In this document: positions 1 through 9,665 of the stretch, one piece after another
Numbering within the stretch: the first letter of the stretch is position 1
Layout of the letters: the number at the start of each line of letters is the position of its first letter
The notes under the pieces: generated by a model
What the model was told of the DNA's origin: nothing
What the model saw: the letters and a program-made list of their open reading frames with translations, nothing else
Databases searched by the model: none
DNA from: an uncultured Candidatus Saccharibacteria bacterium
GTDB lineage: Bacteria; Patescibacteriota; Minisyncoccia; Phycocordibacterales; CAIZLB01
NCBI GenBank assembly: GCA_964520545.1
Contig: CAZFOD010000004.1
Location: 4,844-68,843, forward strand
Length of the DNA stretch: 64,000 bases
Reading direction: 5' to 3'
Position numbers and translations under genes: made by a program

Positions 1-829
1 GTCTTGTCGGAATGACATTAAAGCTCTTAGCACTCTCAATTATCTCCGCTGGCATGTCTTCATATTTTGTCAGATCCACAGGAGCTTCTTCCTCGTTTCC
101 AAGGTCAATAACTGTTTCCATTTCAAAACTATCAATACCCTCTCCTATGAATTCCCCTTCAACACTCGGCATTGTTGGTGGTCGTCCGTCTGGCCCCAAT
201 CCTTTCTTGAAAGTAACACGAAGTCTTTCAATGGTGTCCTCGGAAACTTGATTGTTTCTGATGTCATTTAAGATACGAAGTGACTCACCATCGGTTTGTC
301 GATGCTGTTCTTCAAGATAGCAGGTTTTGAATCCTGCCACTCTCCAAACATCGGAGTGGTATATAAATTTAGCTGGTGGTTCTCCCCTCTTTGAGATGGG
401 AGGAAGCTGAAAGAAGTCTCCACAGAGAACCACTTGAATTCCCCCGAATGGCAAATGTGTATTCTTAAATGTACGCAAAACTTGATCGACGAGATCTAAA
501 CGAAAATGATGAAGCATTGAAACCTCATCGATGATGAGTACCTTCACCTGCTCCATTCTTCTGTAGAGATGTGGTTTGTCGATGAGATTGGAGAGATCGT
601 GTTCCGTTAGTCTGTCCTTAATACCAATCCCCGCCCAAGAGTGTATGGTCACTCCTCCCATATGTGTTGCTGCAATCCCGGTTGAAGCGGTAACTCCAAC
701 TTCAACTCCAGCATCCTTCAAATATTTAATATATTGATTCAATACGTAAGTCTTTCCACTTCCAGCAGCGCCGGTTAAATATACGTTATTACCGAGCTTT
801 AAAATATCGAGTGCGGTCTCCTGCGTCAT
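1..829 (-). CDS. PIF1/RecD-like SF1B helicase (N-terminal part, runs off window start)
   Basis: Manual translation from ATG at 829: MTQETALDILKLGNNVYLTGAAGSGKT (Walker A)...TASTGIAA...TIHSWAGIG...LIIDEVSM...FGGIQVVLCGDFFQLPP; absent from ORF track because truncated. Confidence 0.9.
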   Translation of the reverse strand, partial: MTQETALDILKLGNNVYLTGAAGSGKTYVLNQYIKYLKDAGVEVGVTASTGIAATHMGGVTIHSWAGIGIKDRLTEHDLSNLIDKPHLYRRMEQVKVLIIDEVSMLHHFRLDLVDQVLRTFKNTHLPFGGIQVVLCGDFFQLPPISKRGEPPAKFIYHSDVWRVAGFKTCYLEEQHRQTDGESLRILNDIRNNQVSEDTIERLRVTFKKGLGPDGRPPTMPSVEGEFIGEGIDSFEMETVIDLGNEEEAPVDLTKYEDMPAEIIESAKSFNVIPTR

Positions 830-927
830 GTCGGTCTAGTATATCACCGTCTACAGATCGGAAGAAAAAGCTATACGGTGAGTAAATATGACTCAGTATT
901 TAACAGAGAACCTACCATCTTTAAACA

Positions 928-956
928 TTGACAAGTAGTACTATGTTTGTTATAGT
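928..956 (+). promoter_or_regulatory. sigma70-type promoter of orphan gene 993..1286
   Basis: TTGACA-17nt-TATAGT with TGn before -10; GAAAGG shortly before the ATG. Confidence 0.7.
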
Positions 957-992
957 ATTAATAGCAGTCAACCCTTAACTGAAAGGAAAACT

Positions 993-1286
993 ATGCACAT
1001 TCTGCAACTTGTCTATTCCTACCTCCTGCCCATTTGTGTTCTGGTGGCAGTGTGTGGATGTGTCCCATTCGCTATGCCGTATTTCGGTTTCGTCACTGAA
1101 GTGAGTCACTTCCTTTACGATGTCCTTCATGATGGCATCAGCTCATGGTTCAAAATGAAGCGTCACTACTACAGCATGGGTTGGTCCAGCTTGTCCGGAG
1201 ACTTGGTTTGTCTGTTGGTCGGAGTATGTGCAATACTGACCATCATTCTCCTCGTCCTCGGCAAGATGTATCACCTCACGGTCTGA
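993..1286 (+). CDS. orphan small membrane protein (2 hydrophobic segments)
   Basis: 97-aa ORF flanked by own promoter, GAAAGG RBS and terminator. Confidence 0.65.
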   Translation: MHILQLVYSYLLPICVLVAVCGCVPFAMPYFGFVTEVSHFLYDVLHDGISSWFKMKRHYYSMGWSSLSGDLVCLLVGVCAILTIILLVLGKMYHLTV

Positions 1287-1306
1287 GTTTGGTGTTTCAA
1301 CGATTG

Positions 1307-1338
1307 GCGGCGATCAGCAATGGTCGCCGCTTTTTCTT
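1307..1338 (+). terminator. intrinsic terminator
   Basis: GCGGCGATCA-GCAA-TGGTCGCCGC followed by TTTTTCTT. Confidence 0.8.
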
Positions 1339-1417
1339 ATATCTTAAACCTTATGAATCTGCCATCATCATTATCCCGTGTTACTAGCAAAATTCTATAG
1401 CAAGTACGATATCAATA

Positions 1418-2065
1418 TTATTTAGTAATATTAACGTACCTTTCACAATCAGCTTTTTCCGTTACATCTAATATCTCTCCGCACAAGGAAATATCTCTGG
1501 TCTCCATTGCAATCCCTTTGTAACATTGACCTATGTAATGTTCAGATTTAATTTTCGTGCCACATATTAGAACTTTCTGTTCATTAATAGCTTTATTTGT
1601 ATAACATATATCTCTTCCGACATTATCTCCAACATTTTCACAAATATCCTGCTGGGGATTTTTTTGTAAAAAAGCAGAGTAACATGATCCTCTTGTAAGC
1701 GAGGATTCAGAAATTTGTTGGCATATGTCTATATTTTTTGCCGATACAGCAACCCCCAAAAGACAACCTTCTTTATGATTTGCAGATAAAATAATATTAC
1801 TACATATACCAGGATTCTTAAGTTGAGCTGCAACTTGAGAATAACATTGGTCTACCAGATCGGTCTGCGATGGACCAGTGATATGTGGTCCAATCATCAG
1901 TATTTTTCCACAAATAGCAGGGTTACTTTTTTGAACAGCAATTGATGAGACAGAGCCAACTTCCGCTTCTCTATCTATGAGATAATAATTACTTTTCACA
2001 AATCCATATGTACCGAGAAATATAGTTCCCAATACAACAACAGATAAACAGATAAATTTTTTCAT
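1418..2065 (-). CDS. membrane-anchored/secreted Cys-rich repeat protein
   Basis: N-terminal hydrophobic helix then ~6 repeats of CYxxxA-x6-ICxxI with ~26-aa period. Confidence 0.8.
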   Translation of the reverse strand: MKKFICLSVVVLGTIFLGTYGFVKSNYYLIDREAEVGSVSSIAVQKSNPAICGKILMIGPHITGPSQTDLVDQCYSQVAAQLKNPGICSNIILSANHKEGCLLGVAVSAKNIDICQQISESSLTRGSCYSAFLQKNPQQDICENVGDNVGRDICYTNKAINEQKVLICGTKIKSEHYIGQCYKGIAMETRDISLCGEILDVTEKADCERYVNITK

Positions 2066-2100
2066 ACTTGATTATACAACGAATTCCTAAACCTTAAACC

Positions 2101-3228
2101 CTACTTCACCACTGTCTGTAATTCAGGAGTTGTATCAGCATCAACAATCTCAAACTTTACCCTTCCAATCTTCTGTCCACGAGTTGTCTCTACATCAACT
2201 CTCCAAGATCCAGCAAAAACACTTGATTTGTTTGAATATGTACGGAACCCTTCTTCCCTGCCCCCAATAAGTTTAAGATCAATGACTGTTGATGTTACCC
2301 ACTTACGATTCTCTTCGTCATAATATTGCCATCTGTGCACTATGTCAGCATTCAATTCTGTTGGTGAGAAGATTGCGCTCCATACATATATGGGTTCACC
2401 TGAGACACGATGATATCTTTCAAACAAATGGAAGAATTCCCACCAATGATGTGTTTCGTAGGAAAGTGTATATGTACCATTAGCATTACTTGATATCTGA
2501 TGATATATACCTGCATCTTTTAAAGACAATGGGATTGGCGGGATGAGATTGGTGAAATATAGGAGGTTCATTATAAGCACAATACCTCCAATCGAGACAT
2601 ACAAAATTCTTCTACTTTTCCTAAAGTGCTCACCTGTAAAATATCGTAGAATCGCGAGGAATATGAAGAGGACGACAAGACTTGCGACAGTGCTGATGAT
2701 AAATATGGATGCACCGATCTTATGCAATATGACTGGGACAAAATATATGGCAAAGGTATATATTGCAAGAAACAATACGCTTATTTGATAACTCAAACGA
2801 GTATAGTGTCTTCTTAGTCTCTCATTTGCCAAGAAGGTAACGACAAGTAGAAGTAAGAATGGCCATGCGACTGAAAGTGTTGCGCTACGGAAATAGAAGA
2901 CGAGAAATGTGGAGAAAAGTCCTCCAAACGAGAATTGAATAAGGAAGGTCATCCAGAAGTGAAGATCTGGGCGTTCACTCGATTGAGGTTGGTCTGCAAC
3001 AGTTTCATCTACCTCACCTCTTGGAGTCTCCTTTGCAAATATATTGATGATAGTTATTCCCGCAGCAGCCAACGCAAGGTGAATTCCAATAAATAGATTC
3101 TCCAGGAATCTATCCACCTGAGTTAGTGTAAAGATTGTAAAAATGAAACCCGAAAAGAGCGACACTGATGACAGTAATCGCTCATAGCGGATATAGAGGG
3201 AGGTTAAATATGTGATAGTCTGCTTCAC
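2101..3228 (-). CDS. multi-TM protein with C-terminal DUF2914-like domain
   Basis: Many TM helices; C-terminal SAIFSP...IVHRW...GGREEGFRTYS...GSWRVDVET. Confidence 0.8.
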   Translation of the reverse strand: MKQTITYLTSLYIRYERLLSSVSLFSGFIFTIFTLTQVDRFLENLFIGIHLALAAAGITIINIFAKETPRGEVDETVADQPQSSERPDLHFWMTFLIQFSFGGLFSTFLVFYFRSATLSVAWPFLLLLVVTFLANERLRRHYTRLSYQISVLFLAIYTFAIYFVPVILHKIGASIFIISTVASLVVLFIFLAILRYFTGEHFRKSRRILYVSIGGIVLIMNLLYFTNLIPPIPLSLKDAGIYHQISSNANGTYTLSYETHHWWEFFHLFERYHRVSGEPIYVWSAIFSPTELNADIVHRWQYYDEENRKWVTSTVIDLKLIGGREEGFRTYSNKSSVFAGSWRVDVETTRGQKIGRVKFEIVDADTTPELQTVVK

Positions 3229-3248
3229 CCCCCTATTATATGTCCTAA

Positions 3249-3875
3249 CTACCTTGTCTGCACCTTGACTCCGTTGACGCTATTTACCTTGATGCTTGAT
3301 ACATCAAAAATCTTTACATCAGTTGGCACTGTAAACTTAGTGTTATCCTTTTGCCAGTCTGAACAGTTGTAAGAGACATTCTGGTCAATATCAACCTGAC
3401 TGTTAGCGCCCGCTCCAGCTCCTGAAAGATTAGTGAAAGACATCTTCGCCCCTTGCTTTCCACTCCATGCAAACACCGTATCACCCTGTCGAATCATGTG
3501 AGCATCTTTTACAGTTGCAGAGGCTCCTTCCATTGTGAAATCTCCTCTCATCTCATTTCCAGCAATGAATATGTTGCCATTTGTCTTTAGCTCCCCTTTT
3601 GAAGTTGTAGTTGCATATGTGACTGTGCAATTGAGATCTTTACCTGAAGTTAGAAGCGATCTGATACTGCCTTGCACTGTAGATCCTAATACAATATTTG
3701 CTGAAGTTGTAGAAGACGCAGTTGAATTGAACACGGTCGTTGTTGCCTGCGTATCGCTCTTAACTACAACTGGAGCCTTCTTTGTCTTGATATATGCCCC
3801 TCCACCGATTGCTGCGATTACAGCAATGACAATGATAAACGCCAATACACCGAAACCTTTATTCTTTTTAATCAT
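3249..3875 (-). CDS. exported protein with prepilin-like N-terminus
   Basis: MIKKNK-GF-hydrophobic stretch; Thr/Ser-rich linker; C-terminal domain with Cys pair. Confidence 0.7.
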   Translation of the reverse strand: MIKKNKGFGVLAFIIVIAVIAAIGGGAYIKTKKAPVVVKSDTQATTTVFNSTASSTTSANIVLGSTVQGSIRSLLTSGKDLNCTVTYATTTSKGELKTNGNIFIAGNEMRGDFTMEGASATVKDAHMIRQGDTVFAWSGKQGAKMSFTNLSGAGAGANSQVDIDQNVSYNCSDWQKDNTKFTVPTDVKIFDVSSIKVNSVNGVKVQTR

Positions 3876-3900
3876 TGATATATTAGTTAACTAGTAGACG

Positions 3901-4818
3901 TTAATTATACTCCAAATGGTGTTTAAGAGCATGCCAAAAATTATTCCCTTCGTAAACACCCTTTCTACTATCGTGAAAGATTCTGATGTAATCATTAAGA
4001 TTGGCTTCAAACATAACGTCGCGAAACGGCTTGTTATGAGGAATGAGATGCAATTCATAGAGCTTATCGTCAGAAAAACCCGGGAATACTCCCGCAAAGC
4101 TCCATGGAATACTTCCCTCATTCACTCGATTGGCAGCATATGCAAGAATATTAGTACAGTTAGAGAAGATGGTGTTATAAAACTTTGGAGTTGTCTCAAG
4201 ACTATCCGTCGTCTTTGCAAAATCAAGAAAGAGCGCCTTACTTGTACTTGCTGATATATCAAGTGGATACATGTATATTGGGTCTCCAAAATTAATCACT
4301 CTGCGACTTAAAAAATCTGCTGCACTTCCCCATGCATACCACTGTTCGTAGTTATTGAACGCACCCTTCAAAGTGCTGTATGGGACACCAATTTCTCTTC
4401 GAGCTTCCATAGACATGGCAACTGATTTTCCATCTGAAAAATCAAATACAAGGAAGGTATGCGCAATGCCTGTCCAAGGGCCAAATGTGCTAATAACAAA
4501 ATATGTCGACTCTAACCTATCAAGATCAAAGGTTTCGTCATAGTAATCTCTCGAAATAGCGGTTCCGGTTTCATATCTCCAGTCTCTTATATTCTCAATA
4601 TAAACTTTTGAGGAATTAATAGTAACAAGCGGAAGTATCTTAGATTCTTCAGACCAGTTACGATTCAAAGACGGGTTTCTTGAGAAAACAAAAACTAAAA
4701 ATATACAAAGTGCGATGAGTATTACCGATAAAACGGCAAGCGCTATCTTATATCCCCTGTGTTGTACGCGAGATTTCATTTTAGATGAACGTAAGAAAAT
4801 TATATCACAGCTACCCAC
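3901..4818 (-). CDS. DUF4105 / Lnb N-terminal domain protein
   Basis: AHTFLVFDF, SMEARRE, FYNTIFSNCT motifs; true start may be ATG at 4779. Confidence 0.8.
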   Translation of the reverse strand: MGSCDIIFLRSSKMKSRVQHRGYKIALAVLSVILIALCIFLVFVFSRNPSLNRNWSEESKILPLVTINSSKVYIENIRDWRYETGTAISRDYYDETFDLDRLESTYFVISTFGPWTGIAHTFLVFDFSDGKSVAMSMEARREIGVPYSTLKGAFNNYEQWYAWGSAADFLSRRVINFGDPIYMYPLDISASTSKALFLDFAKTTDSLETTPKFYNTIFSNCTNILAYAANRVNEGSIPWSFAGVFPGFSDDKLYELHLIPHNKPFRDVMFEANLNDYIRIFHDSRKGVYEGNNFWHALKHHLEYN

Positions 4819-4868
4819 TCTCTCTTTATACTTTGATATAATATATATCGATAAATTAATATAAAAAA

Positions 4869-5258
4869 ATGAACTACTACACAGATGTGATTAAAAAATA
4901 TGCAGCATTCACCGGCCGAGCTACTCGGAAGGAATACTGGATGTTCTTTCTCATAAACGCTCTCATAGGAATCACACTTAATCTGGTGGAGGGAGATGTT
5001 GGCAATATGGGATTAATATCAGCCATATACAGCTTAGCTTTGCTTACTCCATCAATCGCTGTTGCCGTGAGACGACTTCACGACACTGGAAGAAGTGGCT
5101 GGTGGCTTTTGATTGGAATATTTCCTCTGATTGGAGGCATTATCCTCATATATTTCCTTGTGCAAGATAGTGAAGCTGGAACAAATATATATGGAGCTAG
5201 GCCTTCTAGCCCAAGCGATATGATTCCACCTCCTACAGAAACTACACCGACAAATTAA
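4869..5258 (+). CDS. DUF805 (YhaH-like) membrane protein
   Basis: FTGRATRKEYWMF and AVAVRRLHDTGRSGWW signatures. Confidence 0.9.
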   Translation: MNYYTDVIKKYAAFTGRATRKEYWMFFLINALIGITLNLVEGDVGNMGLISAIYSLALLTPSIAVAVRRLHDTGRSGWWLLIGIFPLIGGIILIYFLVQDSEAGTNIYGARPSSPSDMIPPPTETTPTN

Positions 5259-5263
5259 TACTT

Positions 5264-5310
5264 AAAAGAAGACCGCGTGGCGCACAAAGCACCACGCGGT
5301 TTTTCCATTT
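5264..5310 (-). terminator. terminator, copy A (probably bidirectional)
   Basis: ACCGCGTGG...CCACGCGGT stem with A/T tracts both sides; near-identical to 6660..6708. Confidence 0.8.
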
Positions 5311-5312
5311 GC

Positions 5313-6005
5313 TCATGACCACAAAAGATGATGTTCAGCAGCCCTGCCAGTTCTAACGAGATCTACCACACGGCTGAATTGATCTTGGTCAGTTCTGAAA
5401 TCAATGCCGAACTTTAAAAGTGCAGAACTCACTTCCTCGATCCGGTGTAATGTGTCACGGTGGACCTTGCAGAAACGATCCGGATCATTCACCAAATGAC
5501 CCTCGAGCGCATACATCTGGGCGATGAGGGCAAACTCCTCCTTACGGATTTCAGAAAGAATGTGAGTGACAAAGTCGACCACTAACATCTTCCACACAGT
5601 GGAACTAATTCCCTCCCCAGACTCTCTTGCCCAGGGCGATTCGATGCCTCGTGCAGCAGTCTTAAGCGCTTCGACATCGTTCCGTAGGTCGTAGTAAGCA
5701 ACGAGCCTATCCCACTTGTTTCGTCCGTACCCAAGGTAAAGAATTCCTCCCACGCCAAAGGCGAGAAATGCCCCAGTACCCAGAGTCTGAACAATCGCAA
5801 AGACGATAACGGAAACGACTAGTGCGAAAACGGAAAGGACTTTTCCGATTTGATAGAGGAGCTCCGCATCCTCAAGTTCGGTCAACGAGTGACGAACCTT
5901 TTGTTGCCCCATCCACAGATTGAAGAGTGACCTACTGTCACCCGCAAGGTTCGCTTCCGTTAAGAACGGCTTTTCAACCGCAGTAATTTCGGTATCTGAA
6001 CTCAT
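5313..6005 (-). CDS. orphan 2-TM protein, paralogue A
   Basis: 230 aa; shares LFxxW, KVR, DPDR[FY], KFG[IL] with 6714..7370; AGAAAGG upstream. Confidence 0.75.
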   Translation of the reverse strand: MSSDTEITAVEKPFLTEANLAGDSRSLFNLWMGQQKVRHSLTELEDAELLYQIGKVLSVFALVVSVIVFAIVQTLGTGAFLAFGVGGILYLGYGRNKWDRLVAYYDLRNDVEALKTAARGIESPWARESGEGISSTVWKMLVVDFVTHILSEIRKEEFALIAQMYALEGHLVNDPDRFCKVHRDTLHRIEEVSSALLKFGIDFRTDQDQFSRVVDLVRTGRAAEHHLLWS

Positions 6006-6010
6006 ACATG

Positions 6011-6091
6011 TACCTTTCTAGCCCACTTGGGGCACGTTGTTACGGTTGAACTGAGATGATCAGTTAGGTTTTAATCTAAACCAAACTATAC
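6011..6091 (-). repeat. 81-nt duplicated leader plus -10 element, copy A
   Basis: 73/81 identical to 7375..7455 by manual alignment; followed by -35 TTGACT at 6112..6107. Confidence 0.9.
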
Positions 6092-6151
6092 CCCTCGACA
6101 CTCAGGAGTCAATAATTGAAAAAGCGCTCCGTGTACCTGCCCGGAGCGCTT

Positions 6152-6391
6152 TCAAGGTTTAGTGTTTGGTGCTTTTGGTACAGTGAATGCACGAATCCCC
6201 TGGAAAATCTTTGCGCCCCGTATAGGGACATCGTCAGATTTTCGCTCGCAAACATGGCATTTGTCACCTTTATTGTAAGCACTGAGAATGGTGGGACAGT
6301 TTTCACCTCCACACCGCCTTCGTACTCCTTTTCGGTGATTTGTTTTTTTTCTTCTTGAACGCTTTGCGTTCGGCTGACTTGTTTCAGGCAT
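6152..6391 (-). CDS. small basic protein with putative Zn-ribbon
   Basis: MPETSQPNAKRSRRKK...CGGENC...CHVC; start chosen at ATG 6391 downstream of TAGAAT. Confidence 0.6.
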   Translation of the reverse strand: MPETSQPNAKRSRRKKTNHRKGVRRRCGGENCPTILSAYNKGDKCHVCERKSDDVPIRGAKIFQGIRAFTVPKAPNTKP

Positions 6392-6435
6392 ATGATCTGC
6401 AGAAATTCTAATCCAGGAATCTGTTTTTTGCAAAA

Positions 6436-6639
6436 TTAATATTCATTCGTTTCCGCATCTTTCTTTTCCAGCAAAATCTTTACCGCCTCAGCTTCCTTTA
6501 TGGCACCAATGTCTCGCTCAGTCTTTGTCTTCCCATCAGCACCAGGAGCAAATGATCTCATTGTCATGAGAAGTCCGATGATGAGTACTCCGAGCATGAG
6601 AATAATGAGGAGCATGAAGCCTGAATTATCTTTTTTCAT
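6436..6639 (-). CDS. small single-TM protein, prepilin-like N-terminus
   Basis: MKKDNS-GF-hydrophobic; TACAAT 8 nt upstream of ATG 6639. Confidence 0.65.
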   Translation of the reverse strand: MKKDNSGFMLLIILMLGVLIIGLLMTMRSFAPGADGKTKTERDIGAIKEAEAVKILLEKKDAETNEY

Positions 6640-6659
6640 ATATGTATATTGTATTACAA

Positions 6660-6708
6660 AAAAGAAAACTGCGTGGCGCACAAGGCACCACGCAGTCTTT
6701 TTCTTTTT
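6660..6708 (-). terminator. terminator, copy B
   Basis: ACTGCGTGG...CCACGCAGT; compensatory base-pair change relative to copy A. Confidence 0.8.
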
Positions 6709-6713
6709 GTGAG

Positions 6714-7370
6714 TCACACCTCACGCAAACGGTATTCCTCCTGGTCTGCGAGCTGGAGCCCGAACTTCTTTAGCGCCAAGTTCAGACTGTAATACCGATC
6801 ATCGAGGTTTACTAACTCTTTGAGCGGTTCACCGTTATACACATCGTCCCCACTATAACGATCAGGGTCAAGCCGGTAGGCATCGGCAATCGTCCCATCC
6901 AAGACGCGGATGAATGTTGCCGTGAGCCACTCCGAGAGCCACACCTCATGTGAACTCGAATCGCTCGGAGCATCAATTGCCGACAGAACACCGAACTCTC
7001 GAATCGCGTACCGTAACTGCCTTGTGTCGTAGAGCAGCGTGTCGTACTTCTTGATATCGGCATTTCTCCTCGCCGATTGAGAGAGCTCCCAATAGAAGAC
7101 GCAGGCCGAGGCGCAGATGATGAGGCAAATGAAGAACGCGTAAAGATTGGGTCCCTGATTGTAGGAGACAGCCGCCAGCATGCCGAAAATGGCGATGACA
7201 ATCTGGATAAACGTCAGACTTCTTTGCAACCCGCTGTGCTTGCTTCTTACCTTTTCCAGTGGTTCTTCAAAGCCCCCATTCCTTGCTTTCCACGCCGCGA
7301 ACAGAGTGACGTTTGGTCCCATTGTTATACCGAAGCGACGAATCGCTATTGGACTAGATGCATTTTGCAT
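6714..7370 (-). CDS. orphan 2-TM protein, paralogue B
   Basis: 218 aa; same architecture and flanks as 5313..6005. Confidence 0.75.
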   Translation of the reverse strand: MQNASSPIAIRRFGITMGPNVTLFAAWKARNGGFEEPLEKVRSKHSGLQRSLTFIQIVIAIFGMLAAVSYNQGPNLYAFFICLIICASACVFYWELSQSARRNADIKKYDTLLYDTRQLRYAIREFGVLSAIDAPSDSSSHEVWLSEWLTATFIRVLDGTIADAYRLDPDRYSGDDVYNGEPLKELVNLDDRYYSLNLALKKFGLQLADQEEYRLREV

Positions 7371-7374
7371 AAGT

Positions 7375-7455
7375 TACCTTTCTAGCCCACTTGGGGCACG
7401 TTGTTATAGTTGAACTGAGAGGATCAGTTGGGTTTTGATCTAAGTTAAACTATAC
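7375..7455 (-). repeat. 81-nt duplicated leader plus -10 element, copy B
   Basis: See 6011..6091. Confidence 0.9.
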
Positions 7456-7596
7456 AACAAATGTACAATATAGCAAGTGTGAATTGACTTTGGAATAAAA
7501 AACCTCATAGTATGGCCTGAAAGGAGCTTTCTAAGGCACAACTGGTTCATTGGTTTCGAATTCCTCGACACCGCCAGCAACACTTAGATTGTCGCT

Positions 7597-8118
7597 ATGC
7601 TCTTCAAACAAAACATCGTAGTCTTCGGCGCTTTCCTCATCCTCTTGGGATTCGCCTTCCTCACGTTTCTCGCAATTGTCCACGGAAAACCTCCGCAAGG
7701 ACTCAAGGGAATGTTCGGCAGATTCATGCTTCTCTCATGCAGCTTCGTAAGCCTCACCACCATTGGCCTCGACATCGTCGGGAGCACGTGGCAGGCAAAG
7801 GTGGAGCTTCGTCCGATTGCCGAGCAGTTTGCAAAACCGCCAAAAACGAAGGCAGAACATCGAAACATTCTTTCGCAACGCGAAGTGCTGGACGATGTGA
7901 AGAAATTCGATCTCAACTTCAGCACGGAAGCCGTTGAGGGCACCGGGCTCGGAGGGACGTTCATCCCCTGGATGTTCGACGGCTTCAACACCATCGTCCG
8001 GGGTGTGTACGTCCATCCCCGAATCCTTCTGACGTGTATGATCCTTTGGTTCACGAGCACCATGTTCCTGTTCCTCGGAAACCACTACGGGGGTGGCGGA
8101 AAGAAAGCGGCACACTGA
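7597..8118 (+). CDS. orphan membrane protein (3 TM)
   Basis: 173 aa; TTGACT...TAGTAT promoter near 7484..7513, terminator at 8136..8171. Confidence 0.7.
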   Translation: MLFKQNIVVFGAFLILLGFAFLTFLAIVHGKPPQGLKGMFGRFMLLSCSFVSLTTIGLDIVGSTWQAKVELRPIAEQFAKPPKTKAEHRNILSQREVLDDVKKFDLNFSTEAVEGTGLGGTFIPWMFDGFNTIVRGVYVHPRILLTCMILWFTSTMFLFLGNHYGGGGKKAAH

Positions 8119-8231
8119 GAGTGCCGGTAGATATGAAAACGCGGGTTCCCCCTTGGGCACCCGCGTTTTTTACTTTCATGAAAACTTTTACTTTTGGGAT
8201 ATAATCAGGCAATACAAATAATATCCATTTT

Positions 8232-8978
8232 ATGACATACATCATTCCAACACTCGCGGCTATCCTTTTCATCCTACTCATCAGTATCAAACAGATTAAT
8301 CAATATGAGAGAGGTGTTAAATTCATGTTGGGAAAATTTCGACACATCATGCAGCCTGGATGGAGACTTGTCTTCCCCATCGTTCAGTCATATCAGAAAG
8401 TAGATATCCGTACGAAAGCCGTAGATGTTCCAGATCAGAATGCGATCACAAGAGACAACGTAACAGTGAGCGTCAATGCTGTGATCTACTACAAAGTACT
8501 TGATGCAGCAAAAGCTATCATCGAAGTTGAAGATTTTAAATATGCGATTTCTCAGTACGCTCAGACAACAATGAGAAATATTGTTGGAGAAGCAACTCTT
8601 GATGAGCTTCTAGCTAACAGAGACAAGATTGCCGACAGAATTCGTGAAATTGTAGACAAAGAGACTGATGCATGGGGACTTAAGGTTCAAAATGTTGAAT
8701 TGAAAGATGTAAGCCTTCCCCCTCAGCTTGAGCGTACAATCAGTAAGCAAGCAGAAGCTGAACGAGAAAAGCGTGCAGTCATCATCACATCTGAAGGAGA
8801 ACTTGCTGCAGCAAACAACATGTCAAAGGCAGCTGAAATATTGGCGCAAACACCAGGAGCTCTACACTTGCGAACATTGCAGTCTATCAACGACATGTCT
8901 TCAGATCAATCAAACACAGTTGTATATATGGTTCCAGTTGAGGTATTGAAAGCGTTTGATGGGTTTGCGAAGAAATAG
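8232..8978 (+). CDS. SPFH/band-7 (stomatin/slipin) protein
   Basis: QYERGV...ITRDNVTV...AQTTMRNIVG...KQAEAEREKRA. Confidence 0.95.
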   Translation: MTYIIPTLAAILFILLISIKQINQYERGVKFMLGKFRHIMQPGWRLVFPIVQSYQKVDIRTKAVDVPDQNAITRDNVTVSVNAVIYYKVLDAAKAIIEVEDFKYAISQYAQTTMRNIVGEATLDELLANRDKIADRIREIVDKETDAWGLKVQNVELKDVSLPPQLERTISKQAEAEREKRAVIITSEGELAAANNMSKAAEILAQTPGALHLRTLQSINDMSSDQSNTVVYMVPVEVLKAFDGFAKK

Positions 8979-8979
8979 C

Positions 8980-9033
8980 AAAAGAAAAACCGCCCTCCGA
9001 AAGCACAGGCAGGGCGGCTTTCTTGAGGGCGGT
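8980..9033 (-). terminator. terminator between convergent genes
   Basis: ACCGCCCTC...GAGGGCGGT stem; U-tract on minus strand. Confidence 0.7.
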
Positions 9034-9041
9034 CAAACGAA

Positions 9042-9665
9042 TCAGTCGACCAAAACCTGGTCATGAATGGGAACGGGATGTGGCTTACGTGCGGGCAAAT
9101 CGTCACCGCACATGCCGTGGAACTCAACAAAGCACACTTCACACACCCAGACTGGATAGATGCTTCCCCAGATGTTGAGCAATGCGACGCGAGTCGCTGG
9201 GTGGCTGCACCCCTCAATGGAACATTCGTGACTTCCAGGAATGAATGGGGACTTATCCTTGAATTCAAACAAGGTATGAAAGCCGCGGGGAAATGTCCGT
9301 TTCGCATAGAACTCAAGCTTCCAATCTGATTCGATCGCAAGTTCATCTGGCCGGAAGAATACGACGCGAGGACAATCTGTCCAAATTCGTTCTTCCAAAA
9401 TCCAATCGTGATTGGTACCCCCGAGCTCGGCTTCGTGCATTTGATCCCATTCGCGAACTACGGTTCCTTGATTGAACTGAATGTGACCAACCTCCCGGTG
9501 GAAGAAGACGGCGACGGTGTACCCATCACCTTCAATCTTTGAATCCGGATCGACGACGAGACCTTGGTATTGAGACCAATTCCCTGCTTCAGCCATGCTA
9601 ACTATCGATCCCTTGAGAATTGGCTGCGACTTTGAATCGAGGACAACATTTTCTTGAACTGACAT
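9042..9665 (-). CDS. orphan protein with C-terminal Cys cluster (CxxxxC...CxxC)
   Basis: 207 aa; AGAAAGG RBS; TTGACG-17-TATTCT promoter upstream. Confidence 0.7.
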   Translation of the reverse strand: MSVQENVVLDSKSQPILKGSIVSMAEAGNWSQYQGLVVDPDSKIEGDGYTVAVFFHREVGHIQFNQGTVVREWDQMHEAELGGTNHDWILEERIWTDCPRVVFFRPDELAIESDWKLEFYAKRTFPRGFHTLFEFKDKSPFIPGSHECSIEGCSHPATRVALLNIWGSIYPVWVCEVCFVEFHGMCGDDLPARKPHPVPIHDQVLVD

